From Polyangiaceae bacterium (lineage in GTDB: Bacteria; Myxococcota_A; Polyangia; Polyangiales; Polyangiaceae): DNA of 64,000 bases. The DNA lies in contig JANRKO010000038.1 in the NCBI GenBank assembly GCA_033763455.1, positions 21,204-85,203 on the forward strand, given 5' to 3'. A program made the translations under genes and the position numbers. The notes beneath the pieces were generated by a model, which worked only from the letters and a program-made list of their open reading frames with translations, searched no databases and had not been told where the DNA came from. Shown here piece after piece: positions 9,622 to 20,927 of this stretch; the stretch's first letter is position 1; every line of letters begins with the position of its first letter.

Positions 9622-10155
9622 ATGATTAAGTACCTAACAGTTTCGTCCCTATTGCTGTCCTTTGCCGTCGCCGCTTGCGGCGGTGCCGCCGCGGCTGGCC
9701 CGCCAAGCAACACGGCGGCAAGCACTGCGCCTGCGCCACAGGCCGAGTCTGACATCGTGGACACCGCTGTGGCGGCCGGATCGTTCAAAACACTGGCGGC
9801 CGCGCTTACGGCCGCGGATCTCGTGGATACTTTAAAGGGGGAAGGCCCTTTTACGGTGTTCGCTCCGACGGACGAAGCTTTCGCAAAGCTACCTCCGGGG
9901 ACTCTCGACAGCCTGCTCCTGCCGGAGAACAAAGCCAAGCTCCAGGCTATCCTCACCTATCACGTAGTTCCAGGCCGCGTTGGCTCGGACAAGGTAGTTG
10001 CGATGAACGCTGCGAAGACCGTCCAAGGGGCAGAGGTTAAAATCGCAAACAACGCAGAAGGTGTGATGGTGAACGCTGCGAACGTCGTTAAGACTGATAT
10101 CGACTGTTCTAACGGGGTCATCCACGTTATCGACTCTGTGCTCATCCCGGAATAG
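9622..10155 (+). CDS. Fasciclin (FAS1) domain lipoprotein
   Basis: Motifs [20 protein letters not shown] and [12 protein letters not shown]; lipobox VAAC; AAGGAG RBS. Confidence 0.93.
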   Translation: MIKYLTVSSLLLSFAVAACGGAAAAGPPSNTAASTAPAPQAESDIVDTAVAAGSFKTLAAALTAADLVDTLKGEGPFTVFAPTDEAFAKLPPGTLDSLLLPENKAKLQAILTYHVVPGRVGSDKVVAMNAAKTVQGAEVKIANNAEGVMVNAANVVKTDIDCSNGVIHVIDSVLIPE

Positions 10156-10189
10156 GCCTAATGCATTGCGACCCTTCGCTGCTAATTCA

Positions 10190-10228
10190 CGGACGTTAGC
10201 TTCATACTAGAAACGAAGCTAACGTCCG
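10190..10228. terminator. Probable bidirectional terminator hairpin
   Basis: Perfect 14-bp stem CGGACGTTAGCTTC/GAAGCTAACGTCCG with an 11-nt loop, between convergent stops at 10155 and 10232. Confidence 0.75.
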
Positions 10229-10231
10229 ACC

Positions 10232-11314
10232 TCAATACACCACCGGAGGGGCGGCAAATTGCCCAGGGAACGGCTCGGCGCGTTCACGCAACCGCAGCTC
10301 TTCTTGGGGCACGCGGGAGCCAATTTCGTCGAAGAAAGCCACGCCAATCACGCCCACGTTGCGATCGTCCCCTTTGCTCGCCGCGTAAGATTCGCCTACT
10401 CCACCGAAACGAAAAGATGCCACTTCGTTCTCACTTTGGCGGAAGCCATCGATCTGCACGGTGGCCCAGGGGCCCACTAAGTAACCGCGCTTTTCGAAAT
10501 TACCGGGCTGCCCATCAATCACGTCTAACCCGTCCACCGTGGCCACAGCTTCGTAGCGGCTGCCAGTATTATTCTTGATCTCGATGAGGTAGCGCTCTCC
10601 TTCGCGGCCAGTAACGTACACATCTGAGCCGCGGCGGTAAGCTGGGAAGCTGCCACCGGAGCCGTTCACTACGCGCACTACGAGGTTGCCTTGCTCAGCG
10701 CTCCATTGGCTTTGCCCGAGCACGCGGAGTTCGCTGCGATCGAGCATGGCCTGGATGCCCTCAGCGTTGTTGTAAAAAAGGCGAGCGGTGAGAAATGGTG
10801 AGTACTCGCTGTCGCGTTGGAACGGTACCGATGAAACCCGGCTATACCGCGTTTCGCCCCAACGGGTGGCAAGGCCCGGGCGATATTGTGGCTCGGGTGC
10901 GCTCTTCCAGGCTCCTTTGGGTGCGCTCTCACTCTCCGCGGAGCTTAGAGCCCTTGAATCTCTGCGCTCCGCCGAACGATCCTGAGGAACACTTCGGGGC
11001 GGTGCCGCACCTTGCGCGGCGGGGGCCGAAGAGGGCTCCCTGGAAGTGCGGCCTCGAGGCGAGTACGAGTCTTCTGTTTGGGGCGCCACAGCCTCGTCAG
11101 CGGAAGCGCTATAACGAGCGCCGCCCGGGGGCTGGGCGTAACGAGAAGCGTTTGGAGCACTCTTCGAGTCAGCGTAGCCCTGCGATGACTCCGAGTAACC
11201 GTGCGATTGTGCTGGCGAATTCGACCCCACCGAGCGTGGTTCCGTCTGCACCGTACCGCAGCCCCACGCCGCCGACCCACACACCACTACCGCCCAACCA
11301 ATTACGCTTCTCAT
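10232..11314 (-). CDS. Hypothetical lipoprotein with a disordered N-terminal half and a conserved-looking C-terminal beta domain
   Basis: Lipobox AWGC; motifs YEAVATVDGLDVIDG and NVGVIGVAFF; GGAGG RBS. Confidence 0.8.
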   Translation of the reverse strand: MRSVIGWAVVVCGSAAWGCGTVQTEPRSVGSNSPAQSHGYSESSQGYADSKSAPNASRYAQPPGGARYSASADEAVAPQTEDSYSPRGRTSREPSSAPAAQGAAPPRSVPQDRSAERRDSRALSSAESESAPKGAWKSAPEPQYRPGLATRWGETRYSRVSSVPFQRDSEYSPFLTARLFYNNAEGIQAMLDRSELRVLGQSQWSAEQGNLVVRVVNGSGGSFPAYRRGSDVYVTGREGERYLIEIKNNTGSRYEAVATVDGLDVIDGQPGNFEKRGYLVGPWATVQIDGFRQSENEVASFRFGGVGESYAASKGDDRNVGVIGVAFFDEIGSRVPQEELRLRERAEPFPGQFAAPPVVY

Positions 11315-11382
11315 GATTCATTGCCTCCTGATAAGAACCCAACGGGAGACAGCCGCCCCCCTTACACCTTGGGTCCTGATTT

Positions 11383-12447
11383 TCAGGAAGCGACGCGAAT
11401 TTTGCCCAACCAGGTGGCAAGGATCCGCTGTCCTACCTCCAGATCCGGCAGGAAAGTCCACTCATTGCGCTGGTGCGCCTGGCTCTGAGTGCCCGGGCCA
11501 AAATTGACGGCCACCACGCCGAGCTCTGAAAAGCGCGCCACATCCGTCCAGGCTTGCTTGGGCTCCACGGCTTTTACACCACTATCGGCTAACGCCATAA
11601 TGAGCGGATGGTGCCGGTGGGGTAGAGCAGCCGGTGAAAGATCCACAAATTCTACCAGAGCTTCACCTTGCACCAACGCCTTCACGCGCTCACACGCCTC
11701 CGTGAGCGTGGAATCCGGTCCGAAGCGATGATTGAGGTTGAGCTCGAAAGCGTCGGGAATAATATTCCGGGCGCGCCCACCTTGAGCCATGGTGGCGCTC
11801 GTCACGCGCGTGTAGGTGAGGCCATCTACTTCGATGGGCTCGGGTTGGAGAGCCGTTAGGCGAGCCAACAGGGCATGCGCTTTGTGAATCGCGTTTTCAC
11901 CTTGCCAGGGGCGTGCGCTGTGCGCGGTGCGGCCTTGGAACGTAACTTTCGCCTGCACCGACCCACTGCAGCCAAGCTGAAGCTTATTGTCGCTCGGCTC
12001 TAGGCAGAGCGCGATATCCACGTGGGAAAGCTCGCGATCTTCGGCCAGCACCACGCCAAGCTCATTTTCTGCGTAGGGGCCCTCTTCACGAGCGTAAAAC
12101 ACGAGCGTCAAGTCAACGCCCGGCGGCACCGGCTTCATCGCTAAATCGAGCATCAAGGCGAGCCCGCTTTTCATGTCAGCCGCGCCTGCTCCGTACAAGC
12201 GCTCCCCTTCGATACGCGCCGGACCATCGTGCGAGGTGCGCACCACATCCAAATGCCCCGCCAACACCACGTGCGGACCGCCCGTGCCCCGGCTGAGTGG
12301 CACCACGATGGAATCCCCATAGCGCCGAATCGGGCTTGGTATCGGCTGAGCGCCGAGCTTCCGCGCTAAGAGATTACACAGCTCCTGCTCCTCGCCGATG
12401 ACCGAAGGCACCCGGCAGAGCCACAACAGGGTTTCTGCCAGCGTCAT
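11383..12447 (-). CDS. dapE: Succinyl-diaminopimelate desuccinylase (M20 family)
   Basis: Motifs LAGHLDVV, GAADMKSG, REE, AHSARPWQG, WTDVARF and AHQRNE; adjacent to dapD. Confidence 0.92.
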   Translation of the reverse strand: MTLAETLLWLCRVPSVIGEEQELCNLLARKLGAQPIPSPIRRYGDSIVVPLSRGTGGPHVVLAGHLDVVRTSHDGPARIEGERLYGAGAADMKSGLALMLDLAMKPVPPGVDLTLVFYAREEGPYAENELGVVLAEDRELSHVDIALCLEPSDNKLQLGCSGSVQAKVTFQGRTAHSARPWQGENAIHKAHALLARLTALQPEPIEVDGLTYTRVTSATMAQGGRARNIIPDAFELNLNHRFGPDSTLTEACERVKALVQGEALVEFVDLSPAALPHRHHPLIMALADSGVKAVEPKQAWTDVARFSELGVVAVNFGPGTQSQAHQRNEWTFLPDLEVGQRILATWLGKIRVAS

Positions 12448-12471
12448 TAGCGTGAAAACTCCCCAGCGCGG

Positions 12472-13293
12472 TTATGCCGAAACGTTAAAGTCTCGCAGTG
12501 CTGCGTTGAGCGAAGTCTTACGGTCGGTGCTTTCGCTGCGCTGACCGATGATGAGCGCACACGGGATCTGATATTCACCAGCCGGGAACTTCTTGGTACG
12601 TGTTCCCGGGATCACGATGCTCCGAGCCGGGATGCGACCCCGGACGTCTTTGGGCTCAGGCCCGGTAACGTCGATAATGGCGGTGGAAGCCGTCAGCGTA
12701 ACGCCAGCGCCGATCACACATTCGCGCTCGATCAACATGCCTTCAACCACGATGCAGCGCGAGCCAATGAAGCAACCATCTTCGATGATCACGGGTTGCG
12801 CTCCCGGGGGCTCCAATACGCCACCAATACCGACGCCGCCCGAAAGGTGGCAATCTTTGCCGATCTGAGCGCACGATCCGACGGTGGCCCAAGTATCCAC
12901 CATGGTGCCGGAGCCGACGTACGCGCCAATGTTCACAAAGCCGGGCATCACGATAGCACCCGCTTCAATGAAGGAGCCGTAACGCACCGTGCCCGGCGGG
13001 ACCACGCGCACCGAGGCTTTATCCAAACCCTGCTTCAGCGGGATTTTATCGTAAAACTCGAAGGGGCCTGCGTGCCAGGTTTCCATTTTCGCCACCGCGA
13101 AATAGAGCAACACGGCTTCCTTCACCCAGGCGTGCGTCGTCCACTGGCCGGGCCCATCTTGCGTGCACACGCGGATTTTCCCAGCATCTAGCAGAGCGAG
13201 CGCCTCTAAAACGGCGCTCTTGTAGGATTCTTGAGCGAGCAGCGAGCGATCCGCAAACGCTTCGCGGATCTTCGCAATCTGAGCTTCTTGCAT
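12472..13293 (-). CDS. dapD: Tetrahydrodipicolinate N-succinyltransferase
   Basis: Motifs WVKEAVLLYF, DKIPLK, MVDTWATVGSCAQIG and HLSGGVGIGGVLEP. Confidence 0.95.
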   Translation of the reverse strand: MQEAQIAKIREAFADRSLLAQESYKSAVLEALALLDAGKIRVCTQDGPGQWTTHAWVKEAVLLYFAVAKMETWHAGPFEFYDKIPLKQGLDKASVRVVPPGTVRYGSFIEAGAIVMPGFVNIGAYVGSGTMVDTWATVGSCAQIGKDCHLSGGVGIGGVLEPPGAQPVIIEDGCFIGSRCIVVEGMLIERECVIGAGVTLTASTAIIDVTGPEPKDVRGRIPARSIVIPGTRTKKFPAGEYQIPCALIIGQRSESTDRKTSLNAALRDFNVSA

Positions 13294-14151
13294 TTACTTC
13301 TTCGTCCTATCAGCGAGATCGAGTGTCATCCCCTCGCTTGCTACCACAAGATCGGTATTTTCCGAGTGCCCTTTGAGCCAGGCGCGCCCACGTTCGGCGA
13401 TGAGGTCCAAAGCGTCGTCGGTTCGGTCCGGATCGTGGTGAAAAAGCGCGAGCGTACGCGGGGATGCGAGCACGCCGAGGCGCAGCACATCATCCACCAC
13501 GCTGTGCCCCCACCCGCGCTTATACGGCATGTCTGTCGTGAGGTACTGCGAATCGTGGATCAAAAGATCAACGCCTTCGGCAAATTTCGCCAAATCGTCA
13601 CGGGAGATTTTCTCGCCGGAAGGCGCGCTCAATTCGTTGTCCGTAAGGTACGTGAGGGAGGTTCCGTCTTCGTCTTCGAGGCGAAAGCCTTGGGCGCCCC
13701 CCGGATGATTGAGCTGCACTCGTTGAACCTTGGCTGAGCCAACCGTCCAAATTTCTTTCTCCTGCTTGATGAACTCCACCTTCGCCGGAATGTCGTTGGC
13801 GCTCACCGGAAAGTGAATGTCGTCGAAGATGCTGCGTTGAAACCGCGTCTGCCCTTCGCTAGCCAGCGGGTAGACCAAAAGCCTGTTCTTGGCGTTCCAA
13901 AGCGGACCAAAGAAGGGCAGCCCCAACACGTGATCCCAATGCGTGTGCGAGAGTAGCAAATGCACTTCCTCACCGCGATCCTCACGCAACAACACGTTCC
14001 CAAGATTCCGCATGCCCGTGCCAGCATCGAGCACCACAGTGGTGCCGTCAGCCAAGCGCACCTCGACGCAGGAGGTATTGCCTCCATACCGCACAGTTTC
14101 CGGTCCGGGTGCCGGGACCGAACCCCGAACGCCGTAAAAGGTGACCCGCAT
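13294..14151 (-). CDS. MBL-fold metallo-hydrolase
   Basis: Motifs YGVRGS, YGGNTSC, SHTHWDH, GHS and FHHDP. Confidence 0.9.
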   Translation of the reverse strand: MRVTFYGVRGSVPAPGPETVRYGGNTSCVEVRLADGTTVVLDAGTGMRNLGNVLLREDRGEEVHLLLSHTHWDHVLGLPFFGPLWNAKNRLLVYPLASEGQTRFQRSIFDDIHFPVSANDIPAKVEFIKQEKEIWTVGSAKVQRVQLNHPGGAQGFRLEDEDGTSLTYLTDNELSAPSGEKISRDDLAKFAEGVDLLIHDSQYLTTDMPYKRGWGHSVVDDVLRLGVLASPRTLALFHHDPDRTDDALDLIAERGRAWLKGHSENTDLVVASEGMTLDLADRTKK

Positions 14152-14454
14152 AAGCTGGGGTCCACTCTAACAAGAGGAGCGCGCTCGGGTGCAGGCAAAA
14201 AAGCACGAAGCCCGAACGCGAACATCGCCTGACCGGCCACACACCCCGGGGGCCCTCAAAAAACAGCATCCAACCGCATAAACAGAGCACCGAACGAACC
14301 TCACATGCCCTGCCTGCGTGGCCCGGGCCGCCCGTCCGATCCCTCGCAGCAACGCACGCGCAAGCAGGTCGAAGAGAACTCCAAGGAGTCCCAAGGCGTC
14401 AACGAGGGACCTTTCCAGGACTCAGCCCAAGTGCGCCACCACTCGCAAACGTTA

Positions 14455-14463
14455 TGTTAGACT
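14455..14463 (+). promoter_or_regulatory. Extended -10 element (TGn-TAGACT) of a probable leaderless transcript
   Basis: TGTTAGACT ends 6 nt before ATG 14470; no SD sequence. Confidence 0.5.
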
Positions 14464-14469
14464 GTTTCC

Positions 14470-15030
14470 ATGTCGAAGTTGGCCCCAGGTTTATTGCTAG
14501 CGGCACCGCCGCTCGGGGATCCGAACTTCGACAAATCTGTCGTGCTCCTGGCGTCCCACGGGGACGAGGGAGCCTTTGGTTGGGTGCTCAACGGTAAGCA
14601 CCTCATGACCTTGAGTGATCTGCTGTCGCGTGCCGAAATTGTTGAAAACTCAGAGGTAGCGGGCAGCGTTCGTATTGGTGGTCCGGTTTCACAGGAGCAA
14701 GTGTGGCTCGTGTACCCCTCCAAGTTTCGCTTCGAGGATGTAGAAGGTCAATTCGAAGTGTACCCGGGCATTACAGCCACTGCATCGCGCAAAGTCTTGG
14801 AGCTTATTGCCGAAGGCAATGTGCCCGAGCCGCTGATCTGTTTGGCTGGTTATGCCGGCTGGGGCCCGGATCAGCTGGAAGACGAAATCCGACGCGGTTC
14901 ATGGTTACCTACTGATGTGGATCCCCAAATTGTATTTGAGGTTTCCCCCGAGCAGTGCTGGCACCGCGCCTATGAACGCGTTGGCACAACCCCCATGGCG
15001 TTTACCACAAGGACAGTAGGGTCAGCCTGA
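14470..15030 (+). CDS. YqgE/AlgH family protein
   Basis: Motifs DPNFDKSVVLL, GGPV and GYAGWGPDQLEDE. Confidence 0.92.
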   Translation: MSKLAPGLLLAAPPLGDPNFDKSVVLLASHGDEGAFGWVLNGKHLMTLSDLLSRAEIVENSEVAGSVRIGGPVSQEQVWLVYPSKFRFEDVEGQFEVYPGITATASRKVLELIAEGNVPEPLICLAGYAGWGPDQLEDEIRRGSWLPTDVDPQIVFEVSPEQCWHRAYERVGTTPMAFTTRTVGSA

Positions 15031-15046
15031 GAAGCGCGCCAATTCG

Positions 15047-16006
15047 ATGAAATTTCGACTCACCCTCGGAGCGGTAGCGTTTTTCACAGCCACACAGGTT
15101 CTCGGCCAGTCGCTGAATCTGAACGGTGCTGGGTCACGTCAGGTGTTGGGTGGGCCGCACCCTACAGAAAGGGCGCCGTCCGGCACGGCTACGGGCGGCT
15201 CGGGCTCCCTACTTCCCGCTTCCACTGCTCGACCAAGCCGCCAGGAAGGAAGGAACGTGAACGGGTGCCCGGGCGAGATGGTGCGCGTCAACGCCTTTTG
15301 CATTGATCGCTTTGAGGTGGCCACCGTCGATAAGCAGACCCAGGAACCCCTCTCACCCTACTATCCCCCGAACCGCCTGCAGCTTGAGCGATCCTACAAT
15401 CTCTGGCAAATCCAAGCGAAGGTGAGCGGCGAGCCGAGCGCACGCACGATGCCGCTTCCGGATCTTCCCGAGTGGCAGCGAGCGAACCCTTTTTCGCCGC
15501 AAGCTGTAAGCCGAAAAGGTGCCGTGCCGCAAGGTTATATGACGTTCTATGCGGCCCAAGAAGCCTGCGAAAATGCCGAAAAGCGCCTTTGCTCGAAGAA
15601 GGAATGGACGCTAGCTTGTAAAGGTGAAAAGAACACACTCTTTCCCTATGGCGCGAAATTCGAACGCGCCGCTTGCAACGTCTTTCACTACTATCACCCC
15701 GCATTTTTGCTGCACGGTTCGTCCGCAATTGGCCACACCGATCCACGCCTCAATCTAGTGCTCGAACAAGGGAAACAGCCCGTGCTCGCCACAACCGGCA
15801 GCTACACCGAGTGTGCGAGCGCATGGGGCAAAGATAGAGTCTACGATATGGTGGGCAACCTCGACGAATGGGTCGCCGACGGCGCCTTCCTCGGCGGCTT
15901 CTACGCCCGCGGCACGACCAAAGGCTGTGAAGCTGAAGTAACCAACCACTCCCCCCGCTATTACGATTACTCCACTGGCACTCGCTGCTGCAAAGATGCC
16001 AAGTAG
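15047..16006 (+). CDS. Secreted SUMF1/formylglycine-generating-enzyme-fold protein
   Basis: Signal peptide; motifs [32 protein letters not shown] and GTRCC. Confidence 0.85.
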   Translation: MKFRLTLGAVAFFTATQVLGQSLNLNGAGSRQVLGGPHPTERAPSGTATGGSGSLLPASTARPSRQEGRNVNGCPGEMVRVNAFCIDRFEVATVDKQTQEPLSPYYPPNRLQLERSYNLWQIQAKVSGEPSARTMPLPDLPEWQRANPFSPQAVSRKGAVPQGYMTFYAAQEACENAEKRLCSKKEWTLACKGEKNTLFPYGAKFERAACNVFHYYHPAFLLHGSSAIGHTDPRLNLVLEQGKQPVLATTGSYTECASAWGKDRVYDMVGNLDEWVADGAFLGGFYARGTTKGCEAEVTNHSPRYYDYSTGTRCCKDAK

Positions 16007-16161
16007 CCCACGCGTACCAGCGGGTGCCATCCACTTGTTTGGTGTTCGGGGGAGGCACCTTTGCGCTAGCAAGAGGTACTTGTCATGCTAAGAATCTCCG
16101 TCGCCAACGAAAGCCACTATGTCAGGTCGAAAATCCCAACCTCAAAGCAACGGAACCTAGC

Positions 16162-16410
16162 GTGAACGCCCCTTCTTCCAAAGATCCGCTGCATGGCATC
16201 ACCTTGGAAGCGATGCTGAAGGCGCTGGTGGAGGAGCTCGGCTGGGAGCGCATGGGGCAGAGCGTGAAAATCCGGTGTTTTACGTTGGATCCAAGTATTG
16301 GTTCGAGCCTCAAGTTCCTGCGCCGAACGCCCTGGGCGCGCGCCAAAGTGGAGCGCCTCTATCTTGCGGCGATCGTTGGGCGGGGTTGTTCGGATCCCGA
16401 GCTCGGTTGA
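16162..16410 (+). CDS. VF530/DUF2132 family small DNA-binding protein
   Basis: Motifs DPLHGITLE and [21 protein letters not shown]. Confidence 0.9.
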   Translation: MNAPSSKDPLHGITLEAMLKALVEELGWERMGQSVKIRCFTLDPSIGSSLKFLRRTPWARAKVERLYLAAIVGRGCSDPELG

Positions 16411-16507
16411 GTTCATTCAAGGTCTGTTCGAGAACATCCTTGCCCTCACCAATTGCTCTCGAAATTTAGCCGCGAGCATCGGGGCAATTACTGAGCACTC
16501 GCGAAAC

Positions 16508-17266
16508 CTATTCGGGAACATCCGAACGCTTGAGGTTCGCCACCACAAGGTCGCGATTCAGGCGCGCAATGTGCCCTAGGCTGATGCCCTTCGGGCAAGC
16601 GGCTTCGCATTCTCCGTGGTTGGTGCAGCTTCCGAAGCCTTCGGCGTCCATCTGCGACACCATCTTGCGCACGCGAGTGTAACGTTCCGGCTGCCCCTGC
16701 GGCAGATGCCCCAGGTGCGAGACCTTCGCAGCTGTGAACAACATGGCAGACGCATTGGGGCAAGCGGCCACACATGCTCCGCAGCCAATGCACGTAGCCG
16801 CATCGAAGGCCGCATCGGCATCGTGCTTGGGCACGGGGATGGCATTGGCATCGGGCGCCGCACCCGCACGCACGGAAACATAGCCGCCAGCCTGAATAAT
16901 GCGGTCGAATGCGCCCCTATCCACGCACAGATCTTTTAGGACTGGGAATGCCTCGGCGCGCCAGGGCTCCACCCAGATTTCTTCTCCGTCCTTGAAGCTT
17001 CGCATGTGAAGCTGGCACGTGGTGGTGAGCGCACGCGGGCCGTGGGCTGAGCCGTTGATCATCAAGCCGCACATGCCGCAGATCCCTTCGCGGCAATCGT
17101 GATCGAAAGCTACAGGATCTTCGCCCTTCTGTTGCAGCTCCTCGTTCAGAACGTCGAGCATCTCAAGGAACGACATGTTTTCGCTGATATTGGGCAGAGG
17201 ATACGTGGCGAAGCTGCCCTCCGCCGCCGCGGACTTCTGTCGCCAGATGTGCAGGGTAATCTTCAC
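16508..17266 (-). CDS. sdhB: Succinate dehydrogenase/fumarate reductase Fe-S subunit
   Basis: Motifs [21 protein letters not shown] and [12 protein letters not shown]. Confidence 0.95.
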   Translation of the reverse strand: MKITLHIWRQKSAAAEGSFATYPLPNISENMSFLEMLDVLNEELQQKGEDPVAFDHDCREGICGMCGLMINGSAHGPRALTTTCQLHMRSFKDGEEIWVEPWRAEAFPVLKDLCVDRGAFDRIIQAGGYVSVRAGAAPDANAIPVPKHDADAAFDAATCIGCGACVAACPNASAMLFTAAKVSHLGHLPQGQPERYTRVRKMVSQMDAEGFGSCTNHGECEAACPKGISLGHIARLNRDLVVANLKRSDVPE

Positions 17267-19179
17267 TTGTAGCTCCGTTGAGAAGGTTTCACGTATTCGA
17301 ACTCCAGCTTTTCCTTGTGTAGCTCTGGCGCCTCACCCACCCCTTTGAATTCCCAGGCGGCTACGTAACTAAAGGCCTCGTCATTTCGAGCAGCTTCACC
17401 TTCGGGCGTCTGGTGCTCCGTGCGAAAGTGCCCGCCGCAAGATTCTTCCCGATTGAGCGCATCACGCACCATGAGCTCAGCAAACTCAAAGAAATCCGCC
17501 ACGCGGAGCGCTTTTTCGAGCGATTGATTGAGCTCAGCTCCCACGCCCGGAATAAAGACATTTTGCCAAAATTCCTCACGCAACATGGGAATGCGTAGAA
17601 GCGCTTCTTTGAGCCCTTGGGCATCACGCGCCATGCCGCACTTATCCCAGCAAAGCTTGCCGAGCTCTCGGTGGAAGGAATCCACCGTGCGCTTGCCTTT
17701 GATGCTCAGCAGCTTAGCGATACGGGCTTCCACTTCTTTGAGCGTGGCTACGGCTTCCGGTGCTTTTGCATCGGAGGCGCCAGGCTTGATTTGCGCAAGG
17801 TAGTTGCCAAGCGTGTAAGGGATCACGAAGTAGCCATCCGCTAGGCCCTGCATCAAGGCGCTCGCGCCGAGCCGATTGGCTCCGTGGTCCGAGAAATTGG
17901 CCTCTCCTAGCACGAAGAGCCCGGGTACGTTGCTCATCAGGTTGTAATCCACCCAGAGCCCGCCCATCGTGTAATGCACGGCTGGATAGATGCGCATGGG
18001 CATTTCGTAGGGGCTTTCCCCCGTAATGCTCTCATACATATCAAAGAGGTTGCCGTAGCGGCTCTCAATGGTGGAGCGCCCAAGGCGAGCTATGGCGTCG
18101 GCAAAATCAAGGTACACGCCGAGGCCGCCTGGGCCCACGCCACGCCCTTCGTCGCACACTTCTTTGGCACTGCGCGAAGCGATATCGCGCGGCACTAGGT
18201 TTCCAAAGCTCGGGTACTTTCGCTCTAGGTAATAATCCCTATCTGCCTCGGCGATGCTCGATGCAGCTCGGCCCACATCTTCCTTCTTCTTCGGAACCCA
18301 TACGCGGCCATCGTTACGCAGCGATTCGCTCATGAGCGTGAGCTTGGATTGGTAATCACCACTTACCGGGATGCACGTCGGGTGGATCTGCGTGTAGCAG
18401 GGGTTAGCAAAATATGCTCCACGCCGATGTGCGCGCCACGAGGCCATCACGTTGCAGCCCTTGGCATTGGTGGAAAGGTAAAAGACGTTGCCGTAGCCGC
18501 CCGTGCAAAGAAGCACCGCGTCCGCCATTTGGCATTCGAGCTTCCCCGTCACCATGTCGCGCGTGACGATGCCGCGCGCTTTGCCATCGATCACGATGAC
18601 ATCCATCATTTCGGTACGGGTATCCATCTTCACAGTGCCCGCAGCCACCTGGCGCTCCAACGCCTGGTAGGCCCCGAGCAAAAGTTGCTGGCCCGTCTGC
18701 CCGCGGGCGTAAAACGTGCGGGAAACCTGGGCGCCGCCGAAGGAGCGGTTGTCCAGAAGGCCGCCATATTCACGCGCGAACGGCACGCCTTGAGCGACAC
18801 ATTGATCGATAATATTGACGCTGATTTCCGCCAAGCGGTGCACGTTGGATTCGCGCGCTCGAAAATCACCACCCTTTACCGTGTCGTAAAACAATCGGTG
18901 CACGCTATCGCCGTCGTTTTGATAATTTTTGGCGGCGTTGATGCCACCTTGCGCGGCAATACTGTGCGCGCGCCTGGGGCTATCTTGGTAGCAGTAGCAG
19001 CGCACGCGGTAGCCCAGCTCACCGAGAGTGGCAGCGGCTGAAGCACCGGCGAGCCCAGAGCCCACCACAATCACTTCAAACTTTCGTTTATTGGCTGGGT
19101 TCACCAGCTTCATGTTGAAGCGGTGCCTTTCCCAACGGGTTTCGATCGGGCCAGAGGGGGCGTTGCCGTTCAGTTCCAT
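17263..19179 (-). CDS. sdhA: Succinate dehydrogenase/fumarate reductase flavoprotein subunit
   Basis: Motifs [29 protein letters not shown] and HGANRLG. Confidence 0.96.
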   Translation of the reverse strand: MELNGNAPSGPIETRWERHRFNMKLVNPANKRKFEVIVVGSGLAGASAAATLGELGYRVRCYCYQDSPRRAHSIAAQGGINAAKNYQNDGDSVHRLFYDTVKGGDFRARESNVHRLAEISVNIIDQCVAQGVPFAREYGGLLDNRSFGGAQVSRTFYARGQTGQQLLLGAYQALERQVAAGTVKMDTRTEMMDVIVIDGKARGIVTRDMVTGKLECQMADAVLLCTGGYGNVFYLSTNAKGCNVMASWRAHRRGAYFANPCYTQIHPTCIPVSGDYQSKLTLMSESLRNDGRVWVPKKKEDVGRAASSIAEADRDYYLERKYPSFGNLVPRDIASRSAKEVCDEGRGVGPGGLGVYLDFADAIARLGRSTIESRYGNLFDMYESITGESPYEMPMRIYPAVHYTMGGLWVDYNLMSNVPGLFVLGEANFSDHGANRLGASALMQGLADGYFVIPYTLGNYLAQIKPGASDAKAPEAVATLKEVEARIAKLLSIKGKRTVDSFHRELGKLCWDKCGMARDAQGLKEALLRIPMLREEFWQNVFIPGVGAELNQSLEKALRVADFFEFAELMVRDALNREESCGGHFRTEHQTPEGEAARNDEAFSYVAAWEFKGVGEAPELHKEKLEFEYVKPSQRSYK

Positions 19180-19213
19180 CGTTCAGTTAACCTTTCGCTC
19201 CGTAACGCCGCAC

Positions 19214-19909
19214 TCAGCCGACCAAGCCAAGCCAAACAGATAGGGGAATCGAGATATTGCCAAGCGTAAGGAGAATGGCCGCAGCGGCGCTCAGGCTGCG
19301 CAACCGCGGTTGCACCTTGGGGCTATTGAGGCCAATGGATTGCGTCATGCTCCAGATGCCGTGATAGATGTGGAAGCCCACGCAGAGGTTGGCCAACATG
19401 TAGCTTACTGCGACCCACGGGATCTGAAATCCGTTCACTAGGTTCGCGTACACATCCGTGGAGCTGTGCTCATAGTCGCCCATGGGAGTGCCGAACGTGA
19501 GATGGGCCAGGTGGTAAAACAGGTAGAAAAAGACGATCGGGCCGGAGATGTACATCGTGCGCGCCGCATACGTGGTGGCGGCGTCTTTGCGCACCTTGTA
19601 ACCCACCGGGCGAGCGTCTTTGTTGCGCATCCACAACTTAAAGGCGCACACAATGTGCACGCACACAGAGGCTAAGAGCCCGAGGCGCGCGGCCCACAGC
19701 AACTCGGGATGCGCGTGGAGCTCAGCCGAATACGCGTTGATAGCTTCTGGGCCGACGAAGATGAGGGCGTTGCCCGCTAGGTGCGCAACGAGAAACCCTA
19801 CGAGTGCCAGCCCCGTCACTGCCATGAGCACCTTGAGGCCTACCGTTTGGCTGAAGAGGCTCTTGAGCCCGCTCGGCCCGATGTCACGCCATGCGTTGAT
19901 CTGACTCAT
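19214..19909 (-). CDS. sdhC: Succinate dehydrogenase cytochrome b subunit (single 5-TM anchor)
   Basis: Motif KVLMAVTG..LVGFLVAHLAGN, His residues in TM helices; first gene of sdhCAB. Confidence 0.9.
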   Translation of the reverse strand: MSQINAWRDIGPSGLKSLFSQTVGLKVLMAVTGLALVGFLVAHLAGNALIFVGPEAINAYSAELHAHPELLWAARLGLLASVCVHIVCAFKLWMRNKDARPVGYKVRKDAATTYAARTMYISGPIVFFYLFYHLAHLTFGTPMGDYEHSSTDVYANLVNGFQIPWVAVSYMLANLCVGFHIYHGIWSMTQSIGLNSPKVQPRLRSLSAAAAILLTLGNISIPLSVWLGLVG

Positions 19910-20416
19910 GGCGCGCAACATGATGGAGCTTATTGCCGGTTGCAATAGCTGGGAGCGAGCGCCGCGGATTTGAGAGGCGGTTGTTCGGGATTCGAAGCGC
20001 CTCTTGCCCCCGATTTTCATGCCACTTGGGGACCGTTGGTCTAGGGGGGAGTGGAAGCCTCGGCTCTAGTGCTGGGGCCGCTCTTACACAGAACCGGACT
20101 GGCGGGACATGATTCGGTGCTTCGGGGGTCGGCCGAAGCCAGCTTGGGGGCAGTTGCGCGGAGTTGTCGTCAGAATCGTACCGGCCGAGAGTTTGCACTG
20201 GCTTACGATCTTGCGACGTTTGGGAATTCGCAGGTGGGCTCCTTTTTCTTGTTCGCGCTCCTCAATTTTCGAGGAGTGTCAAGCCGTGGCCTTGCCGCTA
20301 CGGTTACCGCCTTTTTCAGACTCACGCCGTCCAATTCTTTGTTGGAGCAGACGGCGGCAAGGCCGCCGCTGCTCAACTCGGATCATTGGAGGGATTCGCG
20401 CACATGCCTCAAAGGC

Positions 20417-20827
20417 TTAGGCACGGCTCCTCGTCAGGATATATCTTCCTCCGCTTGCCTCTCCTTCGTAGAAAGCAAGCCTTCCCGGCACGCACGAGAC
20501 CACAGTACCCGGCACGCGTCCAACTACGGCGTCAAGCGCATCTCCCAGCAACATGCTTCGTCCGTCTAGACTTGCATTCGCACTGACAACGTAACATGTA
20601 TCAGGGGCACCCTTGGAACGGAGCCAACTCAGAATCCCCTCTGATGTCTGGCTAGACGGAGGCAGGTTTTCAACACATTGCGGATCAAAATCCGAAAAGT
20701 GGTAAAGGGACTGAAGGAAATCCTTCCTCCGTTTCTTACTAGCCAGGAGTTCTTGAACCCGGCGTCGTTTGTGCGACACGATGAACGCCCTTGCGAAATC
20801 GCCTTCGATATCCGGTGCCGTAGTCAA
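20417..20827 (-). CDS. Conserved-looking hypothetical protein
   Basis: GGAGGAGG SD before TTG 20827; globular sequence ending SCVPGRLAFYEGE. Confidence 0.7.
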   Translation of the reverse strand: MTTAPDIEGDFARAFIVSHKRRRVQELLASKKRRKDFLQSLYHFSDFDPQCVENLPPSSQTSEGILSWLRSKGAPDTCYVVSANASLDGRSMLLGDALDAVVGRVPGTVVSCVPGRLAFYEGEASGGRYILTRSRA

Positions 20828-20927
20828 TTTTCCTCCTCCCACCCGTGTAGTATCCCGAATCGGCCGTATTCCCCGACGGTCACTTCCTGAGCGAGGGCAA
20901 GTAACCAAAGCACTCCGGCTATGCTCC

